From: Myxococcota bacterium
Lineage (GTDB): Bacteria; Myxococcota_A; UBA9160; UBA4427
Assembly (NCBI GenBank): GCA_036336835.1
Contig: JAYZFK010000008.1
Coordinates: forward strand, 1-45,952
DNA: 45,952 nucleotides
Direction of reading: 5' to 3'
The position numbers and the translations under genes are program-made. The notes under the pieces are model-generated. The model saw only the letters and a list, made by a program, of their open reading frames with translations, was not told where the DNA came from and did no database searches. Positions 8,155-18,243 of this stretch are shown piece after piece (the first letter of the stretch is position 1; each line of letters begins with the position of its first letter).

Positions 8155-9978
8155 ATGCGCAGATCGGTCTGGCTGCTGATTCTCGGAATGGGGGCTTCGG
8201 CCTGTGCACTGCGGCCCGAGGGACCGTCGGGCGTGGTCGATCCGACCTCGCTGCGCGCTCTCTCGCTCGGTGCGGTGGTCGGCAGCGCGGGGCGTCACGG
8301 CGACCATGTCTGGCGGAGCATTCCGTATGCGGCGGCGCCGGTCGGGGAGCGGCGCTGGCGTGCGCCGAGTCCGCCCGAGCCGTGGGCCGACACGCTCGAG
8401 GCGCTGCACGACCCCGCGGTCTGCAGGCAGATCGCCACGATCGGAGGGGGCGTCGATGGCGCGGATGCCGGGGAGCCCACCGGCTCCGAGGACTGCCTGT
8501 ATCTGAACGTGTTTGCGCCGCGTTTTTCGCCCGAGGCGGTGCCGGGCCCGGATGCGCGGCTACCGGTGATGGTCTGGATCCATGGGGGTGGCAACAGCAT
8601 CGGGGACATCGCGATGTACGACGGTGGGCGGCTGGCAAGTGAGCACGGCGTCATCGTCGTCGCGCTGCAGTATCGGCTCGGGCCGTTCGGCTGGTTCCGA
8701 CACCCGGCGCTGCGCACTACCGGGGCGAGCGACGAGGCGCGTTCGGGGAACTTCGGCACGCTCGATCTGATCGCGGCGCTGGGCTTCGTACGCGAGCACA
8801 TCACTGCCTTTGGCGGCGACCCCGCCAACGTCACGATCTTCGGCGAGTCGGCCGGAGGTCGGAACGTGATCACCCTGTTGACCTCGCCAGCCGCTGGAGG
8901 CCTGTTCCACCGCGCGATCGTGCAGAGCGGTAGCGGGCGGACGACGGCGCCCGCAGTTGCGGAGAACCACGTCGACGATGCCGAGCCGGGGCACGTGGCC
9001 AGCTCGCGCGAAATCGTGCTCAACCTGCTGATTGCCGAAGGCGGCGCGGACAACCGCGCCGAGGCCCGCGCGATCGCAGCTGGCATGGATGAGGGCGAGA
9101 CGGCGCGCTTCCTGCGCGGGCAGGAGGCCCAGGCGATCCTCGAGGCCTACCCGGTCCGCGGCTTTGGCATGCTCGATATGCCGCAGGTCTTTGCCGATGG
9201 CGTCGTGCTGCCCACCGCTTCGACATTCGAGCTGTTCGAGCGCGGCGCCTATCATCAGGTGCCGCTCATGCTGGGGACCACCCGCGACGAGGGCAAGACG
9301 TTCCAGCTTGGGAACCCGGAGCTCGTCGACCTGCGTCTCGGTGTACTGCCGTCGGTCAAGGACTGGGATCGGTACGACCGCGAGGCGGAGTACGGCGCGA
9401 AGCTGTGGAAGGCGGTCGGGGTCGACGAGCTCGCGCGGCGCGCCCAGGCGGTACAGGGACCGAGCGTCTACGCCTACCGCTTCGACTGGGACGAGGAGCC
9501 GACTCGCCTGTTCCTTCTCGACTTCAGCCGGCTGCTCGGCGCGGCACATGGCCTCGACGTGTTCTTCGTCTTCGGTGGATTCGACGTCGGCGCGCTCGCT
9601 TTTCCGTTCTTCGATGCGGGCAACGAGCCCGGCCGCGTCGAGCTGTCGGATCGCATGATGTCGTACTGGGCCGAGTTCGCGCACGCCGGTGCGCCAGGAC
9701 GCGGGCGCGCCGGCGATTTGCCGGAGTGGAGCGCCTGGGCGCAGCGACCGGACGAGACTCCGAGTCTGATGCTCCTCGACAGCGAAGCGGGCGGCGGGGT
9801 GCGCATGGTCGCCGAGACGGTGAGTGCGCCGGACATCGTGAGTCAGGTGGCTTCGGACGCTCGGTTCCCAGACGATGGGGCGCGCTGTGCCTTCCTGCGG
9901 CGAGACCGGCGCGGGTACCTGACGGAGGCCGACGTGGCTTCCGTGTGTGCTGCGGTGGCAGCCGGGCCGGAGTCGTGA
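8155..9978 (+). CDS. Type-B carboxylesterase/lipase, lipoprotein
   Basis: GGAGG SD and lipobox ASAC. Motifs SEDCLYLNV, WIHGGG, YRLGPFG, FGGDPANVTIFGESAG and AAHG. Confidence 0.93.
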   Translation: MRRSVWLLILGMGASACALRPEGPSGVVDPTSLRALSLGAVVGSAGRHGDHVWRSIPYAAAPVGERRWRAPSPPEPWADTLEALHDPAVCRQIATIGGGVDGADAGEPTGSEDCLYLNVFAPRFSPEAVPGPDARLPVMVWIHGGGNSIGDIAMYDGGRLASEHGVIVVALQYRLGPFGWFRHPALRTTGASDEARSGNFGTLDLIAALGFVREHITAFGGDPANVTIFGESAGGRNVITLLTSPAAGGLFHRAIVQSGSGRTTAPAVAENHVDDAEPGHVASSREIVLNLLIAEGGADNRAEARAIAAGMDEGETARFLRGQEAQAILEAYPVRGFGMLDMPQVFADGVVLPTASTFELFERGAYHQVPLMLGTTRDEGKTFQLGNPELVDLRLGVLPSVKDWDRYDREAEYGAKLWKAVGVDELARRAQAVQGPSVYAYRFDWDEEPTRLFLLDFSRLLGAAHGLDVFFVFGGFDVGALAFPFFDAGNEPGRVELSDRMMSYWAEFAHAGAPGRGRAGDLPEWSAWAQRPDETPSLMLLDSEAGGGVRMVAETVSAPDIVSQVASDARFPDDGARCAFLRRDRRGYLTEADVASVCAAVAAGPES

Positions 9979-10514
9979 TGCGCCGCCGATTCGACCTGCT
10001 CTCGGTTCTGGCCGCTGGCGTCGCCATGCTCGCGGCCGGAAGCTCGGCGGCCGAGCTCGCGGTGGGGGACCAGGCGCCGGCCTTCGAGCTCGCGGGCTCG
10101 GATGGCAAGCGCTACGCGCTCTCGCAGTTCGTCGGCAAGCGCGGCGTGGTGCTCGCCTGGTTTCCGCGGGCTTTCACGCCAGGCTGAACCAAGGAGCTGA
10201 CCGCGCTGCGTGACAGCGCCCTGGAGCTCGCGAAGTTCGAGGCGGTGGTGTTCATGGTGAGCCTCGACGATCCCGACAAGAACCGCGCGTTTGCCGAGTC
10301 ACTCGGGACGACGCAGCGGCTGCTCTCGGATGAGAGCGGAGACGTGGCCAAGGCCTACGGCGTCTCGGCGCTGGGCGGCTTGTACTCGAAACGCTGGACC
10401 TTCTACATCGACCGCGAGGGACGGATTCGCCAGATCGACAAGCATGTGAAAGTCGAGACTGCGGGGCAGGATATCGCCAGACAGCTGGCCGCCCTGGGTT
10501 TTCCCACGCGCTAG
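9978..10514 (+). CDS. Selenocysteine-containing peroxiredoxin (BCP/PrxQ, AhpC/TSA family) with signal peptide; UGA at 10185-10187
   Basis: ATG overlaps the esterase TGA. One frame reads ...VGDQAPAFEL...AWFPRAFTPG-[TGA]-TKELTALRD...VSLD...LLSD...AKAYGV...KRWTFYIDREGRI. The TGA sits exactly at the PxxxTxxC peroxidatic position. Confidence 0.88.
10188..10230 (+). promoter_or_regulatory. Bacterial SECIS-like hairpin
   Basis: Lower stem GAGCT(10194-98)/AGCTC(10225-29), CC/GG, upper stem GCGCTG(10203-08)/CAGCGC(10214-19), and a G-containing apical loop CGTGA starting 22 nt after the UGA. Confidence 0.7.
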
Positions 10515-10573
10515 CGGCGTCGTGCAGTAGTCTGTCTGCCGCGTCAGAGCGAGAGACAGAATCCGAGGTGATC

Positions 10574-11830
10574 ATGGCAGCCCCCGCAACGTCCGATCCG
10601 TTGTCCGTCGATCTGATCCATCCCGACTACTACGTCGAGCACGGCTATCCGCACGAGGCCTGGAGCTGGCTGCGCGAGAACGACCCGGTTCGCTTCATCG
10701 AGCGCCCCCGGGGCAGCTCGTACTGGGCGATCACCAAACACGCAGACATCATGGCGATCGGCAAGGACCCGGCGCGCTTTCTGAACGAGCCGATCCTGGT
10801 GCTCGAGTTCGAGGATCGCAAGGGCGACGCCGAGTTCAACGCGCCTCAGACGCTGATCCAGATGGACCCGCCCAAGCACAACGCGTTCCGCCAGCTGATC
10901 AGCCGCCGCTTCACGCCGCGCGCGCTCAAGAAGATCGAGCGGGACATTCACGACATTGCGTTCGAGATCGTCGACAACTTGTTCAAGGAAGGGCAGGAGG
11001 GCGAGTGCGACTTCGTGCAGAAGATCTCGGCGCCGCTGCCCATCGCGGTGATCGCCTGGCTGCTCGGGGTTCCGCGCTCGGACTGGGAGCTGATTTTCAA
11101 CTGGACGAACGCAATCATCGGTTCGGGCGATCCCGAGTACCAGCGCGAGAACACCGCGGGCCAGACCGCCAACGCGGCGATGGTCGAGACCTTTCAATAC
11201 ATGAGCCAGCTGATGGAAGAGAAGAGGAAGAACCCGGCGGACGACCTGGCGAGTCTGCTGGTGCACGCGGAGATCGACGGCCAGAAGCTCGAGCCGATGG
11301 AGGTGCTGGCCTACTACTTCATCATCATGGTGGCTGGCAACGAAACCACGCGGAATGCGACCAGCGGCGGCATGCTGGCGCTGATCGAGCACACGGATCA
11401 GCTCCGCAAGCTCCAGGCGCGGCCCGAGCTGATGGACGACGCGATCGAAGAGGTGCTGCGCTGGAGCTCGCCGATCATCCACTTCGCGCGCACTGCCAAC
11501 GAGGATGTCGAGATCCGCGGCCGCAAGATCAAGCAGGGGGATCTCCTCGGCCTGTTCTATCCGTCGGCAAACCGCGATGACGAAATTTTCGACGACGCCT
11601 TCGAGTTCGACATTACGCGGCGGCCGAATCGTCACCTCGCGCTCGGCGTGGGCGAGCACTTCTGCGCCGGTGCACACGTGGCACGGCTCGAGCTCAAGCT
11701 CGCCTACCAGTACCTGATCCCGCGACTCGAAGAGGTGGAGCTCGCCGGCGAGGTCGAGCGTCTGCGCAGTCAGCTGGTTGGCGGCATCAAGCACCTGCCG
11801 ATCCGCTACAAGCTCAGCCCCGGCCGCTAG
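10574..11830 (+). CDS. Cytochrome P450 (CYP125/CYP142-like appearance)
   Basis: MDPPKH, I-helix VAGNETTRN, EEVLRW (ExxR), SANRD and heme motif LGVGEHFCAG. Confidence 0.93.
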   Translation: MAAPATSDPLSVDLIHPDYYVEHGYPHEAWSWLRENDPVRFIERPRGSSYWAITKHADIMAIGKDPARFLNEPILVLEFEDRKGDAEFNAPQTLIQMDPPKHNAFRQLISRRFTPRALKKIERDIHDIAFEIVDNLFKEGQEGECDFVQKISAPLPIAVIAWLLGVPRSDWELIFNWTNAIIGSGDPEYQRENTAGQTANAAMVETFQYMSQLMEEKRKNPADDLASLLVHAEIDGQKLEPMEVLAYYFIIMVAGNETTRNATSGGMLALIEHTDQLRKLQARPELMDDAIEEVLRWSSPIIHFARTANEDVEIRGRKIKQGDLLGLFYPSANRDDEIFDDAFEFDITRRPNRHLALGVGEHFCAGAHVARLELKLAYQYLIPRLEEVELAGEVERLRSQLVGGIKHLPIRYKLSPGR

Positions 11831-11903
11831 CCAGCCCGCGGACTGGCGGCAGCGACCGCTTGCGCTCGCCAGCCCTGCGCCGCATCCGGGCGAGGCAGAG
11901 CGG

Positions 11904-13388
11904 TCAATCGACGCCGGCCCGGGTCAGCTCGAATTCGCCGTCTGCGAGCGTGATCTCGCGACCGCACAGCTCGCGCTCGGTCGCGTTGCGCAGTAGCTCG
12001 GGGTCGCTGCTCGCGGCCAGGGTGCGGCGGCCACCGGCGGTGTCGCACCACGCGACCGCGCGCGCGGGCTCGCCGCCTTCGCAGAGGACGGTGTAAGCGC
12101 GGATGATCGCCGGGCCGTCCGCCGACTCGTCGATCTCGACTGTCTCGAGCGCCCCTGCGACCTGCTCGCTCACGTCGTCGTACTGGAACGGCGAGGGGCC
12201 GGGCTGCGTCGACCAGACGCTGAAGCCCTGCTTGGTGAGGATGCCGCTGACCGCGCTGACCAGTCCCCGGCTGCCCGGATCCTCGCGCAGCACCTGCGCC
12301 ATCCTCGCGACGGCCTGGAGCACGAAGTTGTTGAGCGGGCCGCCGCCAAAGGCCATGCCGCCCGTCACGCTCGGCGTCGGCTCGAGCGGTATCCCCAGCT
12401 CGCGCGCCTGGATCCGGACCGCCACCGGGAAGCAGCTGTACAGCTCGGAGTAATCGAGTCGGTCCGCATCGAGGCCTGCCAGCTCCAACGCTCGCTCTCC
12501 CGCCAGCTTGGCTCCCCAGCAGCGCTCGGGATCCTTGCGCTCGGCCAGCGGCACCATGTGGTTCGATTCGACGACGGCGAGCGGGTACAGCCACTTGTCG
12601 CGCGCGACGCCGAGCCGCTGCGCCGCACTCTCGGAGCACAGGACGAGGCCCGCGGCCTGGTCGACGTTCCACTGTGCGTTGTGGAGCTTGGTGTACGGGA
12701 ATGCGAGCATCGCGTTCTTGCCTGCCGGCTCGCGAATCTCGTCGGCGCTGACCGGCTCCGGCCGCCAGGCCTGCGGGTTCGATGCCGCCACGCGACTGAA
12801 GCCCGCCCACATCTCGGCGATCTCGCGCCGGTGCTCGTCGAGGCTCGTGCCCTGCGCATGGCGCAGCGCGTTCTCCATCACGCTGTACTGCTTGACCGGC
12901 ATCTCGACGCCGAACGCGAGCTCGAGTGGATGCATGATCTCGTGCTGGGGGCGCAGCACGCGATCCGCCTCGCCCTCGTGCCGGGTCAGCGGTGCCTCGA
13001 CCCCCTCGATCTGTGCGCGCAGCGCGCGGTACTTGGCTTCGCCCCCTGTGATCAGCACGATGTCCGCCTCGCCCTGAGCGATCTGGCGTCCGGCCTCGCC
13101 GAACAGCGTCGTCTGGAGCACACCGATCTCGGCGACGGTCGTTCGAGCCTTTGGGCAGCCGAGACGCTCGGCCAGCAGCCGACACGGATCGCCGTACTCC
13201 CAGAAGCCTCGCGGGGCCATCACGGCGTCGGCTTCGGTCAGCAGCCTTCGCGTTCCGGCGTCGGCGGCCGCGGCCTCGAGCGCGTCGGCCATCAGCTCGA
13301 GCGGCTCCCTGGCGTTCGCGGGATCCGTCTCGCGCTGCGTGATGGCGGCGGCGCCGACCAGGAGCGGTTGCCGGGCAGGGTCGGTCAC
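11904..13388 (-). CDS. Acetyl-CoA acetyltransferase (thiolase-like, long type)
   Basis: GGAGG SD plus GTG. Motifs PLLVGAA, ITGGEA, NVDQAAG, ELYSCFPVAV and SVTGGMAFGGGPLNN. Confidence 0.85.
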   Translation of the reverse strand: MTDPARQPLLVGAAAITQRETDPANAREPLELMADALEAAAADAGTRRLLTEADAVMAPRGFWEYGDPCRLLAERLGCPKARTTVAEIGVLQTTLFGEAGRQIAQGEADIVLITGGEAKYRALRAQIEGVEAPLTRHEGEADRVLRPQHEIMHPLELAFGVEMPVKQYSVMENALRHAQGTSLDEHRREIAEMWAGFSRVAASNPQAWRPEPVSADEIREPAGKNAMLAFPYTKLHNAQWNVDQAAGLVLCSESAAQRLGVARDKWLYPLAVVESNHMVPLAERKDPERCWGAKLAGERALELAGLDADRLDYSELYSCFPVAVRIQARELGIPLEPTPSVTGGMAFGGGPLNNFVLQAVARMAQVLREDPGSRGLVSAVSGILTKQGFSVWSTQPGPSPFQYDDVSEQVAGALETVEIDESADGPAIIRAYTVLCEGGEPARAVAWCDTAGGRRTLAASSDPELLRNATERELCGREITLADGEFELTRAGVD

Positions 13389-13480
13389 GTCTCCTCCGGG
13401 CCGCGGGGCGCGCGGTGGAGGCTCGGTATACCACGTCGATACGCGGCTATGCTCCGCCCCCGCCGAACGAGGAGGTACGA

Positions 13481-14482
13481 GTGTCGATCGCGCGAGCTGC
13501 TGCGTCGGGTCTGGTCCTGTTGGCTGCGCTGACCGGCGCGGCCTTCGCAGAGGCGCGTCGCTTCGAGTTCCGCTACGACGTCGCGATCTCCGGGATCGAA
13601 GCCGGAAGCGGTCCCGTCGACGTATTCGTGCCGCTTCCCGTCGAGGACGCCGGGCAGTTCGTCCTCGAAACCATCCTGAGCGGAACGCTCGAGGGCCGCA
13701 TCGAGCGCGAGCCGGTCTACGGCAACCGCTTCTTCCGCGGGCGGGTCGAGCGCGCGACCGGAGAAACGATCGAGGTCTCACTGCGCGCCGTGGTCGAACG
13801 CCGCGCCGAGTCGCACCCCGCTCCCGCCCATGTCGCGGCGCTGAGCGATGCCGAGCGCGTGGAGCACGAGCGCTTTCTCGCTGCCAACGACACCGTCGTG
13901 GTTGGCCATGAGATCCTCGAGCCGATCCTGGCCGAGATCCGGGCGGCCGCAGCCAGCAGCGACAAGGCCGACATCGCCCGCGCGATCTACGACTGGGTGG
14001 TCGACAATGTCGAATACAAGAAGATCGGAACGGGCTGGGGCAACGGCGACACCTTCTGGGCCTGCAGCGAGCGCTACGGCAACTGCACCGACTTCCACGC
14101 GTTGCTGATCTCACTCGCGCGCACCGAGGGCATTCCTGCTCGCTTCGAGATGGGCTTCCCCATTCCGGACGACTCGCCGGCCGGCGAGATCGCCGGGTAC
14201 CACTGCTGGGTCGAGCTGTACCTGCCGGAAATCGGCTGGTTCCCGATCGATGCGTCGGAGGCCTCGAGGCACCCCGAGCGGCGGGAGCTGTTCTTCGGCA
14301 CGCATCGGGCCGACCGGCTGCACATGACCACCGGTCGCGACCTGCGCCTTGGTGACGCTCACCGCGACCGCGAGCTCAGCTACTTCGTCTATCCCTATGT
14401 CGAGGTAGACGGGAAGCGCTACGAAGGCGAGATCGAGCGACGCTTCTCGTACCGCGACCTGCCCGTGGACCCCGAGCGCTGA
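13481..14482 (+). CDS. Secreted transglutaminase-like cysteine protein
   Basis: Signal peptide ending AAFA. Catalytic triad motifs GNCTDFH, YHCWVELY and WFPIDAS. Confidence 0.88.
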   Translation: MSIARAAASGLVLLAALTGAAFAEARRFEFRYDVAISGIEAGSGPVDVFVPLPVEDAGQFVLETILSGTLEGRIEREPVYGNRFFRGRVERATGETIEVSLRAVVERRAESHPAPAHVAALSDAERVEHERFLAANDTVVVGHEILEPILAEIRAAAASSDKADIARAIYDWVVDNVEYKKIGTGWGNGDTFWACSERYGNCTDFHALLISLARTEGIPARFEMGFPIPDDSPAGEIAGYHCWVELYLPEIGWFPIDASEASRHPERRELFFGTHRADRLHMTTGRDLRLGDAHRDRELSYFVYPYVEVDGKRYEGEIERRFSYRDLPVDPER

Positions 14483-14505
14483 CGAGCATCCGGTCCCCGC
14501 GACGC

Positions 14506-15339
14506 TCAGTCGGCGAAGCTAGTGCGCGCGCGCTCACTGGTGTAGGCCGTCTCGGCGGCGCGCGATTCGCCGAGCACCGCGCCGGGGCTCTCCCCGTCGA
14601 TGTGCCCCATGATGCCCTTGTACAGGTTCAAGCCGAGCAGCTCGAGCAGCCGCTCGGGCATCGACCCGATGCGCTCGCGCGGCACACCGAGATAGTGATT
14701 CTGCTGCGTGCGCATCCAGCCCTGGCAGTACTGGATGTTGGCGCCGAGCCGCCAGTCGTCCTCGGTCGTATTGGCGCCGCCGCCGTGCCACAAGGCGCCG
14801 TCGAAGATCATCACCGTGCCCGCCTTCATCTCGGCGGGTAGCGTCTCGTACTCGACGTTGTAGTCGGGTGCGTGATCGCGCCGATGCGAGCCGGGCACGA
14901 AGAGGGTCGCGCCGTTGGCGGCCGTAAAGTCGGTGAGTGCCCACATCGAGACGCACATCAGCGGCGCATGAGGGCGCGGTACGCTCGTCACGAGGTCATC
15001 CGGGTGTAGTGGCTGGGGTCGCTCGCCGGGTCCGATGTCGATGGCGGTCATTCCCGACAGCAGACAGCCGGGGTCGAGGACGCGCTCGACGATCGGCAGC
15101 ACGTTCGGGTGCACCGGCATTCGCTGGAATAGCTCTGCCTTCGCGAGCAGGTTGTAGTTGCGGTGGGTGGCGAAGCCTTCTGCAGGATTGCCGCGCGGCG
15201 CGGTGCCGCGTTCGCGCGCGACGCTGCGGATCGTCTCGCGCAGCTCTTCGAGCAGCGCGGGCTCGATCGCGTCCTCGACGAAGGTAAAGCCCTGCTCGGC
15301 GATCTCGCAGAGGTGGTGCTCGATGCGGGTCGGCTCCAT
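14506..15339 (-). CDS. Phytanoyl-CoA dioxygenase (PhyH) family Fe(II)/2OG enzyme
   Basis: QPLHPDD (HxD), WALTDFTAANGAT, LWHGGGAN and the Arg in DWRLG. Confidence 0.9.
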   Translation of the reverse strand: MEPTRIEHHLCEIAEQGFTFVEDAIEPALLEELRETIRSVARERGTAPRGNPAEGFATHRNYNLLAKAELFQRMPVHPNVLPIVERVLDPGCLLSGMTAIDIGPGERPQPLHPDDLVTSVPRPHAPLMCVSMWALTDFTAANGATLFVPGSHRRDHAPDYNVEYETLPAEMKAGTVMIFDGALWHGGGANTTEDDWRLGANIQYCQGWMRTQQNHYLGVPRERIGSMPERLLELLGLNLYKGIMGHIDGESPGAVLGESRAAETAYTSERARTSFAD

Positions 15340-15349
15340 GCCGGAGAGT

Positions 15350-16492
15350 CTACACGTACTGCGGCCAGCCCCTCGAATGGGACGATTTGTAGCGCCGCCA
15401 GGCTAGGCAGACGGGATACAGCAAGACCAGCGCCGCCACGGTGGCCAGATAGGCTTCGGCGAGCCCGTGCCGGCCGAGCCCGCCGGTGAGCGCGAACGCC
15501 GCCGCGCCCAGCCCGAGGAAGTGCAACATGTAGTAGAAGAGCGCCGTCTGGCCGTAGACACGCAAGGGATTCCAACGCGACGCCGGCTTCGTGAGGCGAG
15601 CCTCGAGCGCGAAGCAGGCGGCCAGGCACAGTGCCATCAGCCCCAGCTCGAGCGCGGCGAAGGAGAGCCCGGGCGGATACTTGCTCACGTGGAGCCACTG
15701 CACGAGCGACGCGTCGTCGCGGTGGAGCGCCATGTTGCCATAGCCGTCGATGCCGCGGACGACGGCAAACAGCGCGAGGGCGGCGATGCCTGCAGCGCCA
15801 CAGCGTTGCATCGCGCGCTGCAGCCGCGCCGCGGGCTCGATCTCGAGCAGCCAGCGGCCGAAGCCCCAGCCGACCGCGAGCATCGCGAGCCAGCCTGCGA
15901 CGGGGTACACGACGGTGACCGGAGCGTCGATGCCGGGCGCGAGCAGCAGTCGCAGCGCGAGCGGGCCGAGGGTGCCAGGCGGGACCGCGGTCGTGGTGAG
16001 CCACTCGCCGACCGCGAACCAGCCGAGACCGACGCCCACCAGCAAGCGCGTGTCGAGCCTGCGCAGCGGGATCATCAGCCAGAGGCTGAGACCGATCGCG
16101 TACAGCACCTGGAGCATGGCGATCCCCTCGCCGGCGAGCAGCGACAGCACCGCCTCGCAGCCCAGAATCACCGCGCCGCGGATGAACAGGTGCCGATCGA
16201 GCTGCGACTCGCTGAGCGACTCCGAGCGTCGCTTTTCGAGCGACAGAGCCAGCGACGTTCCCGACAGGAACAGGAAGGTCGGCGCGCACAGGTGAGTCAC
16301 CCAGCGCGTGAAGAACTGCTCGGGAGGTAGCTCCATGCCGGGCACCCAGCCCGCGCCGCTCAGCGGGTCGATCGGCCAGGCCGAGTCGAGGGCGGTTCGC
16401 CCCGAGTTGAACATCAGCGAGGCGTGGTCGAGCGTCATCAGGACCATCACCAAGCCGCGCATCCAGTCGATCGCTGCGAGTCGATCCGACAT
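15350..16492 (-). CDS. DUF1624 / heparan-alpha-glucosaminide N-acetyltransferase-like membrane protein
   Basis: RLAAIDWMRGLVMVLMTLDH, FFTRWVTHLCAPTFLFLSG, SKYPP and ALFYYMLH, with multiple TM segments. Confidence 0.85.
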   Translation of the reverse strand: MSDRLAAIDWMRGLVMVLMTLDHASLMFNSGRTALDSAWPIDPLSGAGWVPGMELPPEQFFTRWVTHLCAPTFLFLSGTSLALSLEKRRSESLSESQLDRHLFIRGAVILGCEAVLSLLAGEGIAMLQVLYAIGLSLWLMIPLRRLDTRLLVGVGLGWFAVGEWLTTTAVPPGTLGPLALRLLLAPGIDAPVTVVYPVAGWLAMLAVGWGFGRWLLEIEPAARLQRAMQRCGAAGIAALALFAVVRGIDGYGNMALHRDDASLVQWLHVSKYPPGLSFAALELGLMALCLAACFALEARLTKPASRWNPLRVYGQTALFYYMLHFLGLGAAAFALTGGLGRHGLAEAYLATVAALVLLYPVCLAWRRYKSSHSRGWPQYV

Positions 16493-16611
16493 GGCTGCGC
16501 ACCCTATCACCGGGTGCGCGAGATCGCCTGCGGCCCCGTACACTTCTGGCGCGATCCGAGGGGCCTCGGGCATCGGGGAGGGCCGGTGGGCGGGCAGGGA
16601 GGTGCGACGGA

Positions 16612-18243
16612 GTGAGCGGCGCTGCGGCGATCGTCGGGCTCGGTGCCGCCGTGCTGTTGCTCGCCCCGTTGCTCCCCGAGCCCCTGCTCCGCCGCGACCT
16701 GTGGGCATTCGAGCCGTTGCGCGAGCTTCCGCTCGCCCTGCGAGCCGGCCTTGCCGCCGCCCTGGCCGCCACGCTGCATCCGCGCGTTCGAGTGGGCTTT
16801 GCTCGCGCGGTCGATGCGTTGGCCGAGCGCACGGCCTGGCGGCGCGCAGCAGTGATCGGGGCCGTCCCGCTGCTGCTGGGCCTGTTCAGCGTGTTCCGCC
16901 AGCGCAATTTGCGACTCGGTGACGGTGCGATCCTGGCGCTGCTGATCGAGCAGCGCGTCCACCTCGAGGGCCACCTCGTCGGCTACGACGAGCCCCTCGA
17001 ACTCTATCTGCACTCGCTGGCCTATCGCGGGTTGCACGCGGCGTTCGAGTGGGACGTGATGGCGAGCTATGCGCTGCTGAGCAGCCTGGCGGGCGTGGCA
17101 TTCGCGCTGGCGATGGTCGTGCTGTGGCGCGACGCGCGGGAAGGCACGCCCGTCGGTCGGGCCGTGGTCGTGCTGTTGTCGCTGGCCACGCCGAGCGTCC
17201 AGCTCTTCTTCGGCTACGTCGAGAACTACACGCTCGTGGCGCTGGCATCGCTCGTCTACGCGATCGCGGGGCTGCGTTCGCTCGAGCGTGGGCTCTCGCC
17301 GCTGTGGCCGGCGCTGGCGCTCGGTGTCGCGATCAGCCTGCACGTGCTCGCCGGCTGGCTGGGTCCGTCGCTGTTGTACGTCTGGTGGCGGCACGCCCGG
17401 GCGCGCGCGGCCTGGGGCCGCATCGGGCTGCTGGCGGGGATGGGGGCGACGACGCTGCTGCCGATCGCCGCCACGATCGCCTGGCTGACTGCGGTCGGAG
17501 TGCCGATCGCTGCGCTCGGCGAGACGCACCTGGCAGCGCTCAAGTTCATCTTCCTGGTCGAGCCCGATGCGCCGTACTTCATCTACCCGGCCTGGTCCGC
17601 GGCGCACTGGCGCGACATCGCGAACCAGCTCGCGCTGACGTCGCTCGCCCCGCTGCTCGTGATCGCAGCGCTGGTTCCCGCTGCGCGCTCGCAGGGCGCG
17701 CAGCTCCGCGGTGATCTGCGCCTCCACTTCCTCGCGCTCGGCGCGGGCTTCCTGCACCTGTTTGGAATCAGCTGGAACGCGGAGAACGGCGCGTACAACG
17801 ACTGGGACCTGTTTGCCCTCGCCGGCTTCTTCGACGCCATGCTCGCCGCCCGGTTGGTGCAGCGCCTGCTGGTGGACGACGCGGGTCGCGTCGCTCTCGC
17901 GCTGCCGGCCGTCGGACTCGGCTTTGCGCTGGCAGCCGGCTTCGTATGGGCGAACGCGACGCGGACGCTCGACCTCCCGTCGGGTCACGCGAGCGCGCAC
18001 CTGCGCCTCGGCGCCGCTCACGGCGAGGCCGGCCGCACCGCCCTGGCGCTGGGCGAGTTCGAAGAGGCGCTGCGCATCGCGCCCGATGAGCCCGAGGTGA
18101 TCTACGCCCTGGGCTTGCGTCTGTGGAACACCGGGGATCGCGAGCGCGGCGAGCCGTTGCTGCGTCGCTTCCTCGCGCTGCGCCCGGACGATGCACGAGC
18201 CGGCGAGCTGCGGCGGCTGCTCGGCGAGCAGGAGCGGCCGTGA
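16612..18243 (+). CDS. Multi-TM membrane protein (GT-C-like) with C-terminal TPR repeats
   Basis: About 10-12 hydrophobic segments, GD and FGYVENY loops, DWDLF. C-terminal TPR-like segment AHLRLGAAH...FEEALRIAPD...FLALRPD. Confidence 0.65.
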   Translation: MSGAAAIVGLGAAVLLLAPLLPEPLLRRDLWAFEPLRELPLALRAGLAAALAATLHPRVRVGFARAVDALAERTAWRRAAVIGAVPLLLGLFSVFRQRNLRLGDGAILALLIEQRVHLEGHLVGYDEPLELYLHSLAYRGLHAAFEWDVMASYALLSSLAGVAFALAMVVLWRDAREGTPVGRAVVVLLSLATPSVQLFFGYVENYTLVALASLVYAIAGLRSLERGLSPLWPALALGVAISLHVLAGWLGPSLLYVWWRHARARAAWGRIGLLAGMGATTLLPIAATIAWLTAVGVPIAALGETHLAALKFIFLVEPDAPYFIYPAWSAAHWRDIANQLALTSLAPLLVIAALVPAARSQGAQLRGDLRLHFLALGAGFLHLFGISWNAENGAYNDWDLFALAGFFDAMLAARLVQRLLVDDAGRVALALPAVGLGFALAAGFVWANATRTLDLPSGHASAHLRLGAAHGEAGRTALALGEFEEALRIAPDEPEVIYALGLRLWNTGDRERGEPLLRRFLALRPDDARAGELRRLLGEQERP

